A DNA stretch of 32,000 nt from Caedibacter taeniospiralis (GTDB taxonomy: Bacteria > Pseudomonadota > Gammaproteobacteria > Francisellales > Francisellaceae), in NCBI RefSeq assembly GCF_002803295.2, contig NZ_PGGB02000015.1, positions 1,528 through 33,527 on the forward strand. Reading direction: 5' to 3'. Below, piece by piece: positions 1 to 9,077 of the stretch; the stretch's first letter is position 1, and each line of letters starts with the position of its first letter. Below the pieces are notes generated by a model, which worked only from the letters and a program-made list of their open reading frames with translations, was not told the DNA's origin and ran no database searches. The position numbers were made by a program, and so were the translations under genes.

Positions 1-102
1 ATCATCCTGATAAATGAGCCTGGCATTAAAATGCGATAAATACCATTTTACCGTTTCATCCAAGTTTTTCACCACTAGGGCAACATGATCCATTCTATCC
101 AT
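1..102 (-). CDS. VOC (glyoxalase/bleomycin-resistance/dioxygenase) family protein, N-terminal fragment running off the left edge
   Basis: My translation of the minus strand from the ATG at 102-100 gives MDRMDHVALVVKNLDETVKWYLSHFNARLIYQDD, open to position 1. The DHVALVV.NLDE..WY start is typical of the VOC fold. GAGGG lies 7 nt upstream of the ATG. Too short to appear in the ORF track. Confidence 0.4.
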   Translation of the reverse strand, partial: MDRMDHVALVVKNLDETVKWYLSHFNARLIYQDD

Positions 103-153
103 TTTAATACCCTCTTTTACTGCTGTCTGTACTGTTTGCGATGGGTATATAGC

Positions 154-1419
154 TTAAGAGCGCACCTTGCGTGCTGCATTATGATTTCTCGTTGGTTTTT
201 GACCATCGCGATGTTCTATTTTGGGTTTTTTCGGGCTTATTTTCTGTGCGTGTTTATAGTTATGAACATTAGATTCAGGCAAGTTATGCACGGGATCAAA
301 CCCATCAATAATTACTCGCTCTAATGGTTTCTTCAACAAGCGTTCAATATCCGCCAATTGTTTAAATTCATCGGCACTGACTAATGAAATTGCCTCCCCA
401 GTAGCTCCAGCTCTTCCCGTTCGACCAATGCGATGGACATAGTCCTCAGGCACACTAGGTAAGTCAAAATTCACCACCTGTGGCAACTGGTCAATATCAA
501 GACCACGCGCAGCAATGTCTGTCGCAACCAATACCTGCAGCGCATTACTTTTAAAATCAGCCAATGCTTTCGTGCGCGCACCCTGGCTTTTGTTGCCATG
601 AATTGCCGCACTATGAATACCTGCCTGCAGAAGCTTACCAGATAAATGATTAGCCCCATGTTTGGTACGCGAAAAAACAAGTACCTGACTCCAGGCTTGT
701 TCCTTGATAAGCTTGATCAGCAACGCCGTTTTTTGCTTTTTATCTACTGGCGAAATCCAATGTTTTACCTGGGCAGTTGTCTGGTTTGGCGGGCTAACTG
801 AAATTTCCAGAGGATTATGGACAATTTCCTTGGCAAGCTTTCTGATCTCATCAGAAAATGTCGCTGAGAACATTAAATTTTGACGTTTACTGGGTAATAA
901 CTTTAGGATCTTTTTAATATCATGAATAAAGCCCATATCCAACATTCGATCCGCTTCATCTAATACTAAAAACTTTAAGCGATCAAAACGAATCGCATTT
1001 TGCTGATAAAGATCCAAGAGTCTTCCAGGTGTAGCAACAAGAATATCAGCGCCTTTGCGCAGCTTCATCATCTGCGGGTTGATTTTCACGCCCCCAAACA
1101 CCACAGCGGAACGCAAATGAGTATGCTTACTGTACGCTTGAATACTCTCTTGAACTTGTGCAGCAAGCTCTCGCGTTGGCGTAAGAATCAACGCATGGGT
1201 TTGATTTGCTCCCGCTTGCGGTGAATTGATTAACATTTCGACAATTGGCAAACTAAACGCTGCTGTTTTACCCGTGCCTGTTTGCGCTGCCGCCAGAATA
1301 TCTCGACCTTGCAAAATAACGGGAATGGCTTGTTGTTGAATAGGAGATGGCTCGGAGTAACCTTGCTGTGAAAGTGCTTCTAAAATCGGGGTACTAAGCC
1401 CAAGGGATGTAAATGGCAT
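154..1419 (-). CDS. rhlE: ATP-dependent DEAD-box RNA helicase (RhlE-like)
   Basis: Q-motif GYSEPSPIQ, motif [22 protein letters not shown] (DEAD), MFSATFS (SAT), [10 protein letters not shown] (motif VI), basic C-terminal tail. Confidence 0.93.
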   Translation of the reverse strand: MPFTSLGLSTPILEALSQQGYSEPSPIQQQAIPVILQGRDILAAAQTGTGKTAAFSLPIVEMLINSPQAGANQTHALILTPTRELAAQVQESIQAYSKHTHLRSAVVFGGVKINPQMMKLRKGADILVATPGRLLDLYQQNAIRFDRLKFLVLDEADRMLDMGFIHDIKKILKLLPSKRQNLMFSATFSDEIRKLAKEIVHNPLEISVSPPNQTTAQVKHWISPVDKKQKTALLIKLIKEQAWSQVLVFSRTKHGANHLSGKLLQAGIHSAAIHGNKSQGARTKALADFKSNALQVLVATDIAARGLDIDQLPQVVNFDLPSVPEDYVHRIGRTGRAGATGEAISLVSADEFKQLADIERLLKKPLERVIIDGFDPVHNLPESNVHNYKHAQKISPKKPKIEHRDGQKPTRNHNAARKVRS

Positions 1420-1497
1420 AATGTTTTCGCAAATTTAATATTTGCCGCCAAGGATAAAGCGCTTCATTAAAAATAGATAGAGTTCAGGCAGAAATAA

Positions 1498-1932
1498 TTA
1501 CCTGCCAATCTCTTTTTGTAACTTAATCATATCCAGCGCTGCTTTCAGTGCGTATTTCCCCTTATGCCCTTTCTCTCCGCCTACGCGCGCCAGTGCCTGC
1601 TCCTTATCATGCGTTGTTAGCACGCCAAAGATCACTGGCAAATCATAGCTTAGCATTACCTCTTGCGTGCCTTGTGAAACCTGCATGCACACGTAATCAT
1701 AATGATCTGTCTGCCCACGAATAACGCATCCTAAAAGCACAATTGCATCATATTTTTTGGTTTTAGCGAGCTGTTTTGCGGCAAATGGCAACTCCACAGC
1801 CCCTGGCACTTTATACACCTTAGGTGTTTTAATCCCTTGAGCGACGGCTTCTTCTAAAGCACCCTCCAACAATTTATCGGTGATAAGCGCATTAAATTCA
1901 CTCACCACAATGGCAATCTTTGGCATGTTCAT
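1498..1932 (-). CDS. ribH: 6,7-dimethyl-8-ribityllumazine synthase
   Basis: 144 aa with IAIVVSEFN, VPGAVELPFAAK and GVLT motifs. Last gene of the rib operon. ATGA overlap with the ribBA stop (1929-1932). Confidence 0.9.
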   Translation of the reverse strand: MNMPKIAIVVSEFNALITDKLLEGALEEAVAQGIKTPKVYKVPGAVELPFAAKQLAKTKKYDAIVLLGCVIRGQTDHYDYVCMQVSQGTQEVMLSYDLPVIFGVLTTHDKEQALARVGGEKGHKGKYALKAALDMIKLQKEIGR

Positions 1933-3137
1933 ACTCCTTTAATCGTGTGTTTAAGTCGTTGTTTTTTGGTTTGTAAATAATGTTTATTGTGTGCGTGAAT
2001 GAGAGACTCTGATACCAGTACTTCGACCGCAATGCCTGCGTTTTGCAAGGCCTGAACCTTCTTAGGATTGTTGGACAATAGCTGGCACTTCTCAACGCCA
2101 TAATACTTTAATATTTGTACGGCATGATCATAACCGCGATTATCCACGGGCAAGTTCAGTGCTTCATTAGCGTCTATCGTGTCAAGTTTTTGTGTGCGTT
2201 GCAGCTCATACGCCTTAAGCTTATTGATTAAACCAATGTTTCTGCCTTCCTGATCAAGATAAATTAACACCCCACCATGCTCTGAAATTTCGTGCAAGGC
2301 GTGATGCAATTGTGACTGGCAATCGCATTTCAATGAGCCAAACAAATCCCCTGTAATACACGATGAATGAATACGCACCAAAGGATTGGCGTTGATGTCT
2401 TTACTTAAGACCTTAATCTCAGCCTTTGTTACAGGATCAACAAAAACGGTCATTTCAAGCTCTCCATACGCATAAAGCGGGATAACCGTGCTTACTGCTT
2501 TTTTTATTACCTTCTCAGTTGCCAGGCGATATAGCCTAAGCTCCTCAATGCTTAAAACAGGCAAATCATGCGTTAGCGCAAAGTGCGCAATTTCCTCGCC
2601 CTTCATCATAGTGCCATCTTTGTTCATGAGCTCACATAAAACAGCCGCAGGATGAAAGCCTGCCATTTTAACCAGATCAACACTTGCCTCGGTGTGCCCT
2701 TGGCGTCCCAAGACACCATAATCATTGGCGATCAAGGGGAAAATATGTCCAGGGCGACTAATCTCACCTGGCGTTACATTGGGGTTTGACGCCACTTGAA
2801 TCGTATGCGCACGATCTTTGGCAGACACCCCCGTTGTTACCCCCTCTTTTGCCTCAATGGTCACAGTAAAAGGTGTGGTAAACTGGCTGGTATTTAAATC
2901 TGCTGGCACCATAGGGGTTAATTGCAAACGTTTAGCATGTGCTTTGGACATGGCTAAACAAATAATACCACTGGCATTTTGCAGCATTAAATTAATATTT
3001 TCAGGATTTGCCAATTGTCCTGGGAAAATCAAATCCCCTTCATTTTCGCGATTCTCATCATCAGTCACAATGATGCTTTTACCTTGCTTTAAGGCACTAA
3101 CCGTTGTTTCTACACGCTGTTTAATTTTTTGAAACAC
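1929..3137 (-). CDS. ribBA: Bifunctional 3,4-dihydroxy-2-butanone-4-phosphate synthase / GTP cyclohydrolase II
   Basis: DHBP synthase motif DDENRENEGDL and GTP cyclohydrolase II motif RIHSSCITGDLFGSLKCDCQSQL. I set the start at GTG 3137 (VFQKIKQRVETTVSALKQGK aligns with RibB N-termini). The track ATG at 3239 would add 34 non-homologous residues overlapping ribE by 118 nt. Confidence 0.88.
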   Translation of the reverse strand: MFQKIKQRVETTVSALKQGKSIIVTDDENRENEGDLIFPGQLANPENINLMLQNASGIICLAMSKAHAKRLQLTPMVPADLNTSQFTTPFTVTIEAKEGVTTGVSAKDRAHTIQVASNPNVTPGEISRPGHIFPLIANDYGVLGRQGHTEASVDLVKMAGFHPAAVLCELMNKDGTMMKGEEIAHFALTHDLPVLSIEELRLYRLATEKVIKKAVSTVIPLYAYGELEMTVFVDPVTKAEIKVLSKDINANPLVRIHSSCITGDLFGSLKCDCQSQLHHALHEISEHGGVLIYLDQEGRNIGLINKLKAYELQRTQKLDTIDANEALNLPVDNRGYDHAVQILKYYGVEKCQLLSNNPKKVQALQNAGIAVEVLVSESLIHAHNKHYLQTKKQRLKHTIKGV

Positions 3138-3729
3138 TTTGCATTTTCTCCATATAACGATAAATATGCTTGCCAATTGGATCGGCTTCCAGATTGACAC
3201 TTGTGCCCACTTGATAATGTTTAACAACCGTAGACTCAATGGTGTGCGGGATAAAGGTTACCGTAAAATAGCCATTTTTGACTTCAATCACGGTGATACT
3301 CATACCATCGATAGTCACAAAGCCTTTATTGACCAAATAGTGTAAAATTTCTTTGGGCGCATTAATGGCTACAAGCCAGGCATCTCCCTCGTGAATGATC
3401 CGTTTTATCACGCCAATACCATCCACGTGCCCCTGCACCATATGTCCACCGACAAAGTCATTTAAGCGTAATGACAATTCTAAATTTACTAAGCTCCCCA
3501 TTCTAAGCCTGCTTAAATTAGTTTTACGCAAGGTTTCTGCTACTGCTTCAAAACTCACTAAATCTTGCGACTTATCCAGTGCGACTACAGTTAAACACAC
3601 ACCATTAATAGCAATGCTATCTCCGATTTTACAGTCTTTAAGTTGTTGTGAGTGAATGACTAAAGTCATCACCTCACCCCCAAAAGCAAACACAACTTCT
3701 GCAACTTCTTGAACAATACCACTGAACAT
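3121..3729 (-). CDS. ribE: Riboflavin synthase alpha chain
   Basis: MFSGIVQE start and the internal duplicated half GGHMVQGHVDG. 202 aa. Confidence 0.9.
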   Translation of the reverse strand: MFSGIVQEVAEVVFAFGGEVMTLVIHSQQLKDCKIGDSIAINGVCLTVVALDKSQDLVSFEAVAETLRKTNLSRLRMGSLVNLELSLRLNDFVGGHMVQGHVDGIGVIKRIIHEGDAWLVAINAPKEILHYLVNKGFVTIDGMSITVIEVKNGYFTVTFIPHTIESTVVKHYQVGTSVNLEADPIGKHIYRYMEKMQSVSKN

Positions 3730-3732
3730 TGA

Positions 3733-4794
3733 TTACTCCATCTCCGCTATACAATAATAATCAGCTTTCAGAAAGCCCATTTCTTTAATATTAACGACTA
3801 CTTTCTGTCTAAATTCACAGATAATCACGGGCGCAATATAGGCTTGCACTTCATTCACAAGATTTGCGCTAAAAAAGGCGTTAAGCAAGGTTTGTCCACC
3901 CTCAACTAAAACACTGCTAATCTCTTTGGCAGCAAGCACAATCAAAACTTCATGTAAGTCAAGCTCATGATCTTTGTTTAACGCAACCTCAATGCACTCA
4001 ACCCCTTTATCTTGTAGTGCATAGAGCGTTTGTTTGTCGGCAAGATGACTGGTAAACACAATTGTTTTAGCCGTTTTGTCATTGAAAAGCACTGCATTAA
4101 GTGGTAAATCTGCCGTTTTTGACAACACCACACGCGAGGGATGTTTAATCATTTGACTGTCTGTCATACGCACCATAAGTTTTGGATTATCAGCCACGAC
4201 AGTCTTGCGACCAACGATAATTGCATCGACCTGATTGCGTAGATTATGCACCTCGCGTTTTGAGGCTTGATCGGTAATTTGCTTACTGTCATTAAGATGC
4301 GTTGTCATATGACCATCCAGTGACATTCCCCATTTAGCAATAACATAGGGCAAATGTGTCTGATGATAATGAAAGAAAATTTTATTTAAGCTTATTGCTT
4401 CCTGTTGCATTAAACCAAGCTCTACTACAATGCCCGCGTCTTGCAGGCGTTTAACTCCCTTGCCTGAAACTTCAGGATTTGGATCTAAGGTGGCAACAAC
4501 GACTTTAACAACTTGCGCCTTTATTAGAGCATCTGTGCACGGTCCAGTTTTCCCAAAATGACAACATGGCTCAAGCGTTACATAAACGCTTGCATTTTTT
4601 GCATTTTCCCCCGCTTGATCTAAGGCGTGAATCTCAGCGTGTTTATCGCCTGCAAATCGATGCCAGCCCTCACCGATAATCTGTCCATTTTTAACAATAA
4701 CACAGCCTACCATGGGATTTGGAGAAACACTTAAGCGTCCACGCCTGGCAAGCACAAGCGCCTGACTCATATAAAAACGATCTGCTTGAAACAT
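3733..4794 (-). CDS. ribD: Bifunctional diaminohydroxyphosphoribosylaminopyrimidine deaminase / 5-amino-6-(5-phosphoribosylamino)uracil reductase
   Basis: Zinc deaminase motifs HAEIHAL and PCCHFGKTGPC, plus a C-terminal reductase domain. An alternative start at Met9 is possible. Confidence 0.9.
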   Translation of the reverse strand: MFQADRFYMSQALVLARRGRLSVSPNPMVGCVIVKNGQIIGEGWHRFAGDKHAEIHALDQAGENAKNASVYVTLEPCCHFGKTGPCTDALIKAQVVKVVVATLDPNPEVSGKGVKRLQDAGIVVELGLMQQEAISLNKIFFHYHQTHLPYVIAKWGMSLDGHMTTHLNDSKQITDQASKREVHNLRNQVDAIIVGRKTVVADNPKLMVRMTDSQMIKHPSRVVLSKTADLPLNAVLFNDKTAKTIVFTSHLADKQTLYALQDKGVECIEVALNKDHELDLHEVLIVLAAKEISSVLVEGGQTLLNAFFSANLVNEVQAYIAPVIICEFRQKVVVNIKEMGFLKADYYCIAEME

Positions 4795-4939
4795 AAAAAA
4801 TGCCCTCAGGTTTCATCTATTATCAGGGCGAGACAAAAGAAATAACCACATGAAAATTTAAGACATTAAGCATAAATTCAAAATTTGACATTTAAAATTC
4901 AGCATTAACTTCTTAAATGACATATGTACATAAATCATT

Positions 4940-5098
4940 CTTATTTCTTCTTTCATCCGGACTATAACCGTCGGCTCTGGAATTTCACCAGATCTGCTGA
5001 CCTTTTGCGTTGACACAAAAGCGCTCGTGGGCTTTCCTGTTTTTTATTTCAAGAATTACCACCGGTGGGGAATTTCACCCCGCCCTGAAGAACTGCGG
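4940..5098 (-). promoter_or_regulatory. FMN riboswitch (RFN element) in the ribD leader
   Basis: The minus-strand RNA reads GUUCUUCAGGGCGGGGUGAAAUUCCCCACCGGUGGUAA...AGCCCACGAGCGC...GGUCAGCAGAUCUGGUGAAAUUCCAGAGCCGACGGUUAUAGUCCGGAUGAAAGAAG. This matches the conserved RFN core segments in order, about 150 nt upstream of the ribD ATG. Confidence 0.88.
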
Positions 5099-5197
5099 CA
5101 GAGTCTACGTGGTTTTAAATCAAAAATCTAGTACAACAAGCACTTCAACAGTGCTCCATTATGCTCGCGAAAAATGCAATGGCAAAGCCACTACCAA

Positions 5198-5221
5198 CCT
5201 GACTACTCTAGAGTAGTCAGG
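5198..5221. repeat. Perfect 24-bp palindrome CCTGACTACTCT|AGAGTAGTCAGG
   Basis: Read directly: the two 12-nt halves are exact reverse complements with no spacer. It lies between the rib leader and the pseudogene. Function unknown. Confidence 0.9.
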
Positions 5222-5378
5222 CACTCCCTAAGTGATCAAGTCAGATGGTTTACGATGGGTAGATTACTGCTGCTTTACACTAAGCCTAAAAAGATGAGGT
5301 ATTATCTGAATACGCTGGCAATTTCCCTCCAGGCGCTATACCATAGCCTAAATCTTCTACTGTTATATAAACGCACTC

Positions 5379-6381
5379 ATGGCTAAGAAAATCTATATCG
5401 GCAGCTCAAACTTTGCCGAACTCATCACTGAAAACGCGGTTTTTGTTGATAAAAGCCTGCTTATCAGGGATATAATCGAAGATACCAGTAAAGTGATATT
5501 AATCACGCGCCCCAGGCGCTTTGGCAAGACGCTAAACATGTCCATCAGGACTTGCCATTTACAACCCCTGGTCGATTTTGAATTGTCTGCATAAAAAGGG
5601 AAAATTTGATGACTATTGGGTGCATACCTCAAATAACAAGATGATTGAAACCCTGCTGCTGAAATTCCGTGAAGATGTGCATCCTGCGGTGACACAATTG
5701 ATGGAATATAAGACGGCAGAAGTCATTATCGATCGCCATGTGACCTATGACACGCTGGATATTCAATCGAGCAGTTTATGGAGTTTGTTGCTGTTTGCAG
5801 GCTATCTAACGGCAGAAACCGCAAGAAGAACCGATGAGTTATTGTATGAATGCACGGTGCGTCTGCCCAATATCGAAATTGTGCATCTGCTAAATTACTA
5901 CTTCAAGATCTGGTTAAACAATCGCATCGGTGTGCAATATCAATCGTTTTTAAATAATCTGGTTGAAGGCAAGGTGGAGAAGTTCAGCGAACAATTAAAT
6001 ACTTACCTCACTGAAGCCTTAAGTGTCAGAGACACAGGCTATACCGCCGAGAAGTTTTATCATGGACTGGTGTTGGGCTTAATCGCCTCCCTAAGATCAA
6101 CTCATATTATCCACTCCAATCATGAATCGGGAGATGGTTATCCCGATGTGCTACTTTATCCCTTAGCCAATAATCAAAAGCACGATTTAGGCATAGTGAT
6201 GGAATTTAAGCATGCCAGGGAAGATGGCAGTGAAAACTTAGACAAACTTGCCAGGCAAGCGCTAAGCCAGATTGATGCTAAAAATTACAGCACTGAGCTA
6301 ACATCTCAATCTCAAGTAAAGCGCATATTGAAGCTTGGTTTAGCGTTTAATCATAAACAAGTGATTGTCAAACACCATTGA
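5379..6381 (+). pseudogene. Internally deleted, frameshifted AAA-ATPase-like / PD-(D/E)XK (PDDEXK_9-type) family gene
   Basis: The N-terminal piece (MAKKIYIGSSNFAELI...FVDKSLLIRDIIED..VILITRPRRFGKTLNMS) stops being family-like near 5543. A +1-shifted frame then reads GLAIYNPWSILNCLHKKGKFDDYWVHTSNN from about 5548 and continues to a C-terminal nuclease-like GDGYPDVLL...GIVMEFKHA. The total of about 338 aa compares with about 500+ aa that I recall for intact members. Confidence 0.7.
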
Positions 6382-6433
6382 GTGTTAGGGAATTCCAACT
6401 TAATAACCTGCCTCGCGATGAGAAGAGCAAACA

Positions 6434-6467
6434 GGTGGATGCGCCTTAGGTTTATCCGCCCTACTAC
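6434..6467 (+). repeat. REP-like palindromic element, copy A
   Basis: GGTGGATGCGCCTTAGGTTTATCCGCCCTACTAC. It matches the 16587-16616 unit at 27 of 30 positions. It sits between the convergent pseudogene and relA 3-prime ends. Confidence 0.7.
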
Positions 6468-6521
6468 CAAACAAATGGGTAGTCTTAGGGCGCCAGAATA
6501 AATAAAGTCAACCAAAAGCTG

Positions 6522-6545
6522 ATTCCCATGCTTCAGCGTGGGAAT
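6522..6545 (-). terminator. Possible relA terminator hairpin
   Basis: A 7-bp stem ATTCCCA/TGGGAAT with a 10-nt loop. On the minus strand it is followed by CAGCUUUUGG, about 60 nt after the relA stop. The U-tract is weak. Confidence 0.3.
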
Positions 6546-6607
6546 ACATAATCTTGTACTCTAAGGTAAATTTTAAAAATCTCGTTCTCTTATTAAACCT
6601 GAACTTC

Positions 6608-8815
6608 CTAAGCAACCACACGCGCCACATTCTCAACATAAGCAGTCGCACTCATTTTTTTGGCCAACGTTTCAAGTGTTTGCATATCGCTAAGAATGAG
6701 ACTCAACTTAATCGTTTTATACTTTTCTGATTGTGAAGGCTGCAGTGCCGCAATCGTAATTTTCTCACTCGTTAAAATACTGGTTACTTCATGCACTGCT
6801 TTGTCAACGTCACTACAAATAAGCAACAAATCGACCTGATAGCGCCTTAGATCTTTCTTACCCCATTGTACATCCAGCACACGCTCGGGCAAGCTTAAGC
6901 TTAAACGTAAAAAATTTGGACACACGGATCTATGCACAGTGACCCCTCTGCCATGCGTTAAATAGCCTCCAATGTCATCGCCTTGCACAGGTTTGCAGCA
7001 GCCTGCCATATGCGATAGCAGGTTATCCACTCCATAAATGGTTAAATCAGTTTTACGAATATTTTCATGCAAATTGTGCGTGATACTGGCAAGCTTATTC
7101 GTTTTATCTTCCTGTATTGCTTTATCAACCAGATTATAGTGTTCAACGATATAGTTGATCACCTGATTAAAACGTAAGGCTCCCGTTTCAATACCTGCAT
7201 ATAAAGTTTCTTCATCCGCCATATTAAAGTGTGAGGCAACTTCACTGTAATCGATTGACTTAAGACGATGAGTTTTAAGCTCATCTAAGAGACGTTCACG
7301 CCCTAAAAGCGCATTTTGCTCTTTATTTTGCTGCTTAAACCAGCGTGCGACACGTGCACGAATTTTGGCTGAATGAATAAAGCCACTGCCTGCATTTGCC
7401 CAATCCATGCTCGGACTGGGTTCTTTGTGCGTTAATATTTCAACCTTATCACCCGTTGCAAGCTTCGTCGTTAAGGGCACTATTTTACCATTGATCTTAG
7501 CACCTTTAGTCCTGTGCCCGATCATCGTATGCACCATATACGCAAAATCAAGCACAGTTGACCCTGACTCAAGATCAATGACGTCACCATGAGGCGTAAA
7601 TATATATACACGATTGATGGTAATTTCTTTTTTCAGCTCATCACTATTGATTTCATTAGCAAGCTCACTCTCCCAATCTAATAATGAACGCAGCCAGTTG
7701 ACTCGGGCTTCGTAGCTTGGATCATGTTTAACCCCCTCTTTGTAGCGCCAATGAGCGGCGACGCCCATTTCAGACTCATTGTGCATTCCATGCGTTCTGA
7801 TCTGCACTTCAAGGGTTAAATGCTCAGGACCATAAACTACCGTATGTACCGATCGATAACCATTTGGCTTGGGCGTGGCAATATAATCAGCAAATTCACT
7901 GGAAATGGGTTCCCACAATTGATTAACAATACTTAACGCACCATAACACTCATCAACTGAGTCTACTAAAACGCGTAAGGCTCTGATGTCATAGAGCTCA
8001 TCCAAAGAGCGCTCTTTTTTTCTAAGCTTCCGCCAGATACTATAGATATGCTTAACTCTGCCACTTAGCTCAAATTGGATATTTTCTTTTTTAAGCGCAC
8101 CCGCTAGCGTGTCTATCGCATTTTGAATATACGCCTCACGTTCAAGGCGTTTCTTTTTAAGTCCTCTCGCGATTTTTTTATACTCAACAGGATAGAGACA
8201 GGCAAACGCACGGTCTTCAAGCTCCCACTTGGTTTTAGCCAGTCCTAAGCGATTGGCTAGTGGCGCATAAATTTCTAGAATTTCTTTGGCAATCGTTTGC
8301 TTGTAGCTTTCCGTCCAATTTTTAGCTGCTCGCATTGTACAGACTCTATCAGCCAATTTCACCAAAACAATACGCACGTCTTCGACAATCGTTAGTAACA
8401 TTTTGCGAAATGTGTCAATTTGCGACTGATTAGGTTTGGCGTTTTGCAAAGCACGTACTGCAGACATGGCCTTCGCACCATCTAAAATTTTTAATACCCC
8501 TTCACCACATTGTTTAGCAATAAGCTCAGATGGCGTTTTTTGGTTGTAATGCAACTCAAACAGCAAGGCCGCTGCCACTGAATCTTCATCCGCCTGCAGA
8601 TCAAATAATACGGCTGCCATTTCAATACCATAATCAAAACACGTACCACCGTGCACAGAAGGCTCATCAACGCCGTATTGCGCTAATATATCAAGAGCTA
8701 CAGCAATCGTTGCCAGTCTGTTTTTTGGGTAAAAACCTTCGAGTAAAGCCAACCATTTTTGAAAATCTATGAGCCCCTCTTTGGTCAAGGCATATCTGTC
8801 CGTTACTTGCACCAT
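6608..8815 (-). CDS. relA: GTP pyrophosphokinase ((p)ppGpp synthetase I), RelA type
   Basis: Synthetase core YRSVHTVVYGPEHLTLEVQIRTHGMHNESEMGVAAHWRYKEG. The N-terminal pseudo-hydrolase has AALLFEL where SpoT has LLHD, so there is no HD motif. EFAD occupies the RelA EXDD position. TGS and ACT-like C-terminal regions. 735 aa. Confidence 0.9.
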   Translation of the reverse strand: MVQVTDRYALTKEGLIDFQKWLALLEGFYPKNRLATIAVALDILAQYGVDEPSVHGGTCFDYGIEMAAVLFDLQADEDSVAAALLFELHYNQKTPSELIAKQCGEGVLKILDGAKAMSAVRALQNAKPNQSQIDTFRKMLLTIVEDVRIVLVKLADRVCTMRAAKNWTESYKQTIAKEILEIYAPLANRLGLAKTKWELEDRAFACLYPVEYKKIARGLKKKRLEREAYIQNAIDTLAGALKKENIQFELSGRVKHIYSIWRKLRKKERSLDELYDIRALRVLVDSVDECYGALSIVNQLWEPISSEFADYIATPKPNGYRSVHTVVYGPEHLTLEVQIRTHGMHNESEMGVAAHWRYKEGVKHDPSYEARVNWLRSLLDWESELANEINSDELKKEITINRVYIFTPHGDVIDLESGSTVLDFAYMVHTMIGHRTKGAKINGKIVPLTTKLATGDKVEILTHKEPSPSMDWANAGSGFIHSAKIRARVARWFKQQNKEQNALLGRERLLDELKTHRLKSIDYSEVASHFNMADEETLYAGIETGALRFNQVINYIVEHYNLVDKAIQEDKTNKLASITHNLHENIRKTDLTIYGVDNLLSHMAGCCKPVQGDDIGGYLTHGRGVTVHRSVCPNFLRLSLSLPERVLDVQWGKKDLRRYQVDLLLICSDVDKAVHEVTSILTSEKITIAALQPSQSEKYKTIKLSLILSDMQTLETLAKKMSATAYVENVARVVA

Positions 8816-8980
8816 CGCTACTTACCCATTCCTAAATCAATAATCGTCGTATCTTTATTAACTGGAGAAACCACTGGGATTAAGCATAACGAAAAACTTC
8901 TCAAAACCCCAGTGAAAGTATGGCAATAATCGCTTGAATATATAATGCGAAATATCGGCTTAGGACAAAATATTTGCCAA

Positions 8981-9023
8981 AGTGTGGGTGTGGGGGATGA
9001 GCGAACACTATCACACCCACACT
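8981..9023. other. 12-bp perfect inverted repeat (AGTGTGGGTGTG ... CACACCCACACT), 19-nt loop
   Basis: Read directly. It lies about 55 nt beyond the rnpB 3-prime end and upstream of relA. There is no clear U-tract. Confidence 0.5.
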
Positions 9024-9077
9024 GATTAACTCACACTTTAAAACAGGCAGGAAGCAATCACAGCCAAAATATCAAAA

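Noticed and set aside
85-324. A 79-aa plus-strand ORF. Similar internal ORFs occur at 471-680, 1000-1224, 2818-3132, 7407-7592, 21466-21882, 22767-23006, 30351-30758 and elsewhere.
   Set aside because: All lie inside, or antisense to, strongly supported conserved genes, and none has independent support.
5249-5261. The 13-mer TTTACGATGGGTA is shared with 31717-31729 (a related CGATGGGTA occurs at about 141-149). The 13-mer TTTCATGTTTTTA is shared between 13144-13156 and 31814-31826.
   Set aside because: By a rough estimate, several exact 13-mer coincidences are expected by chance in 32 kb of AT-rich sequence. The flanks do not align.
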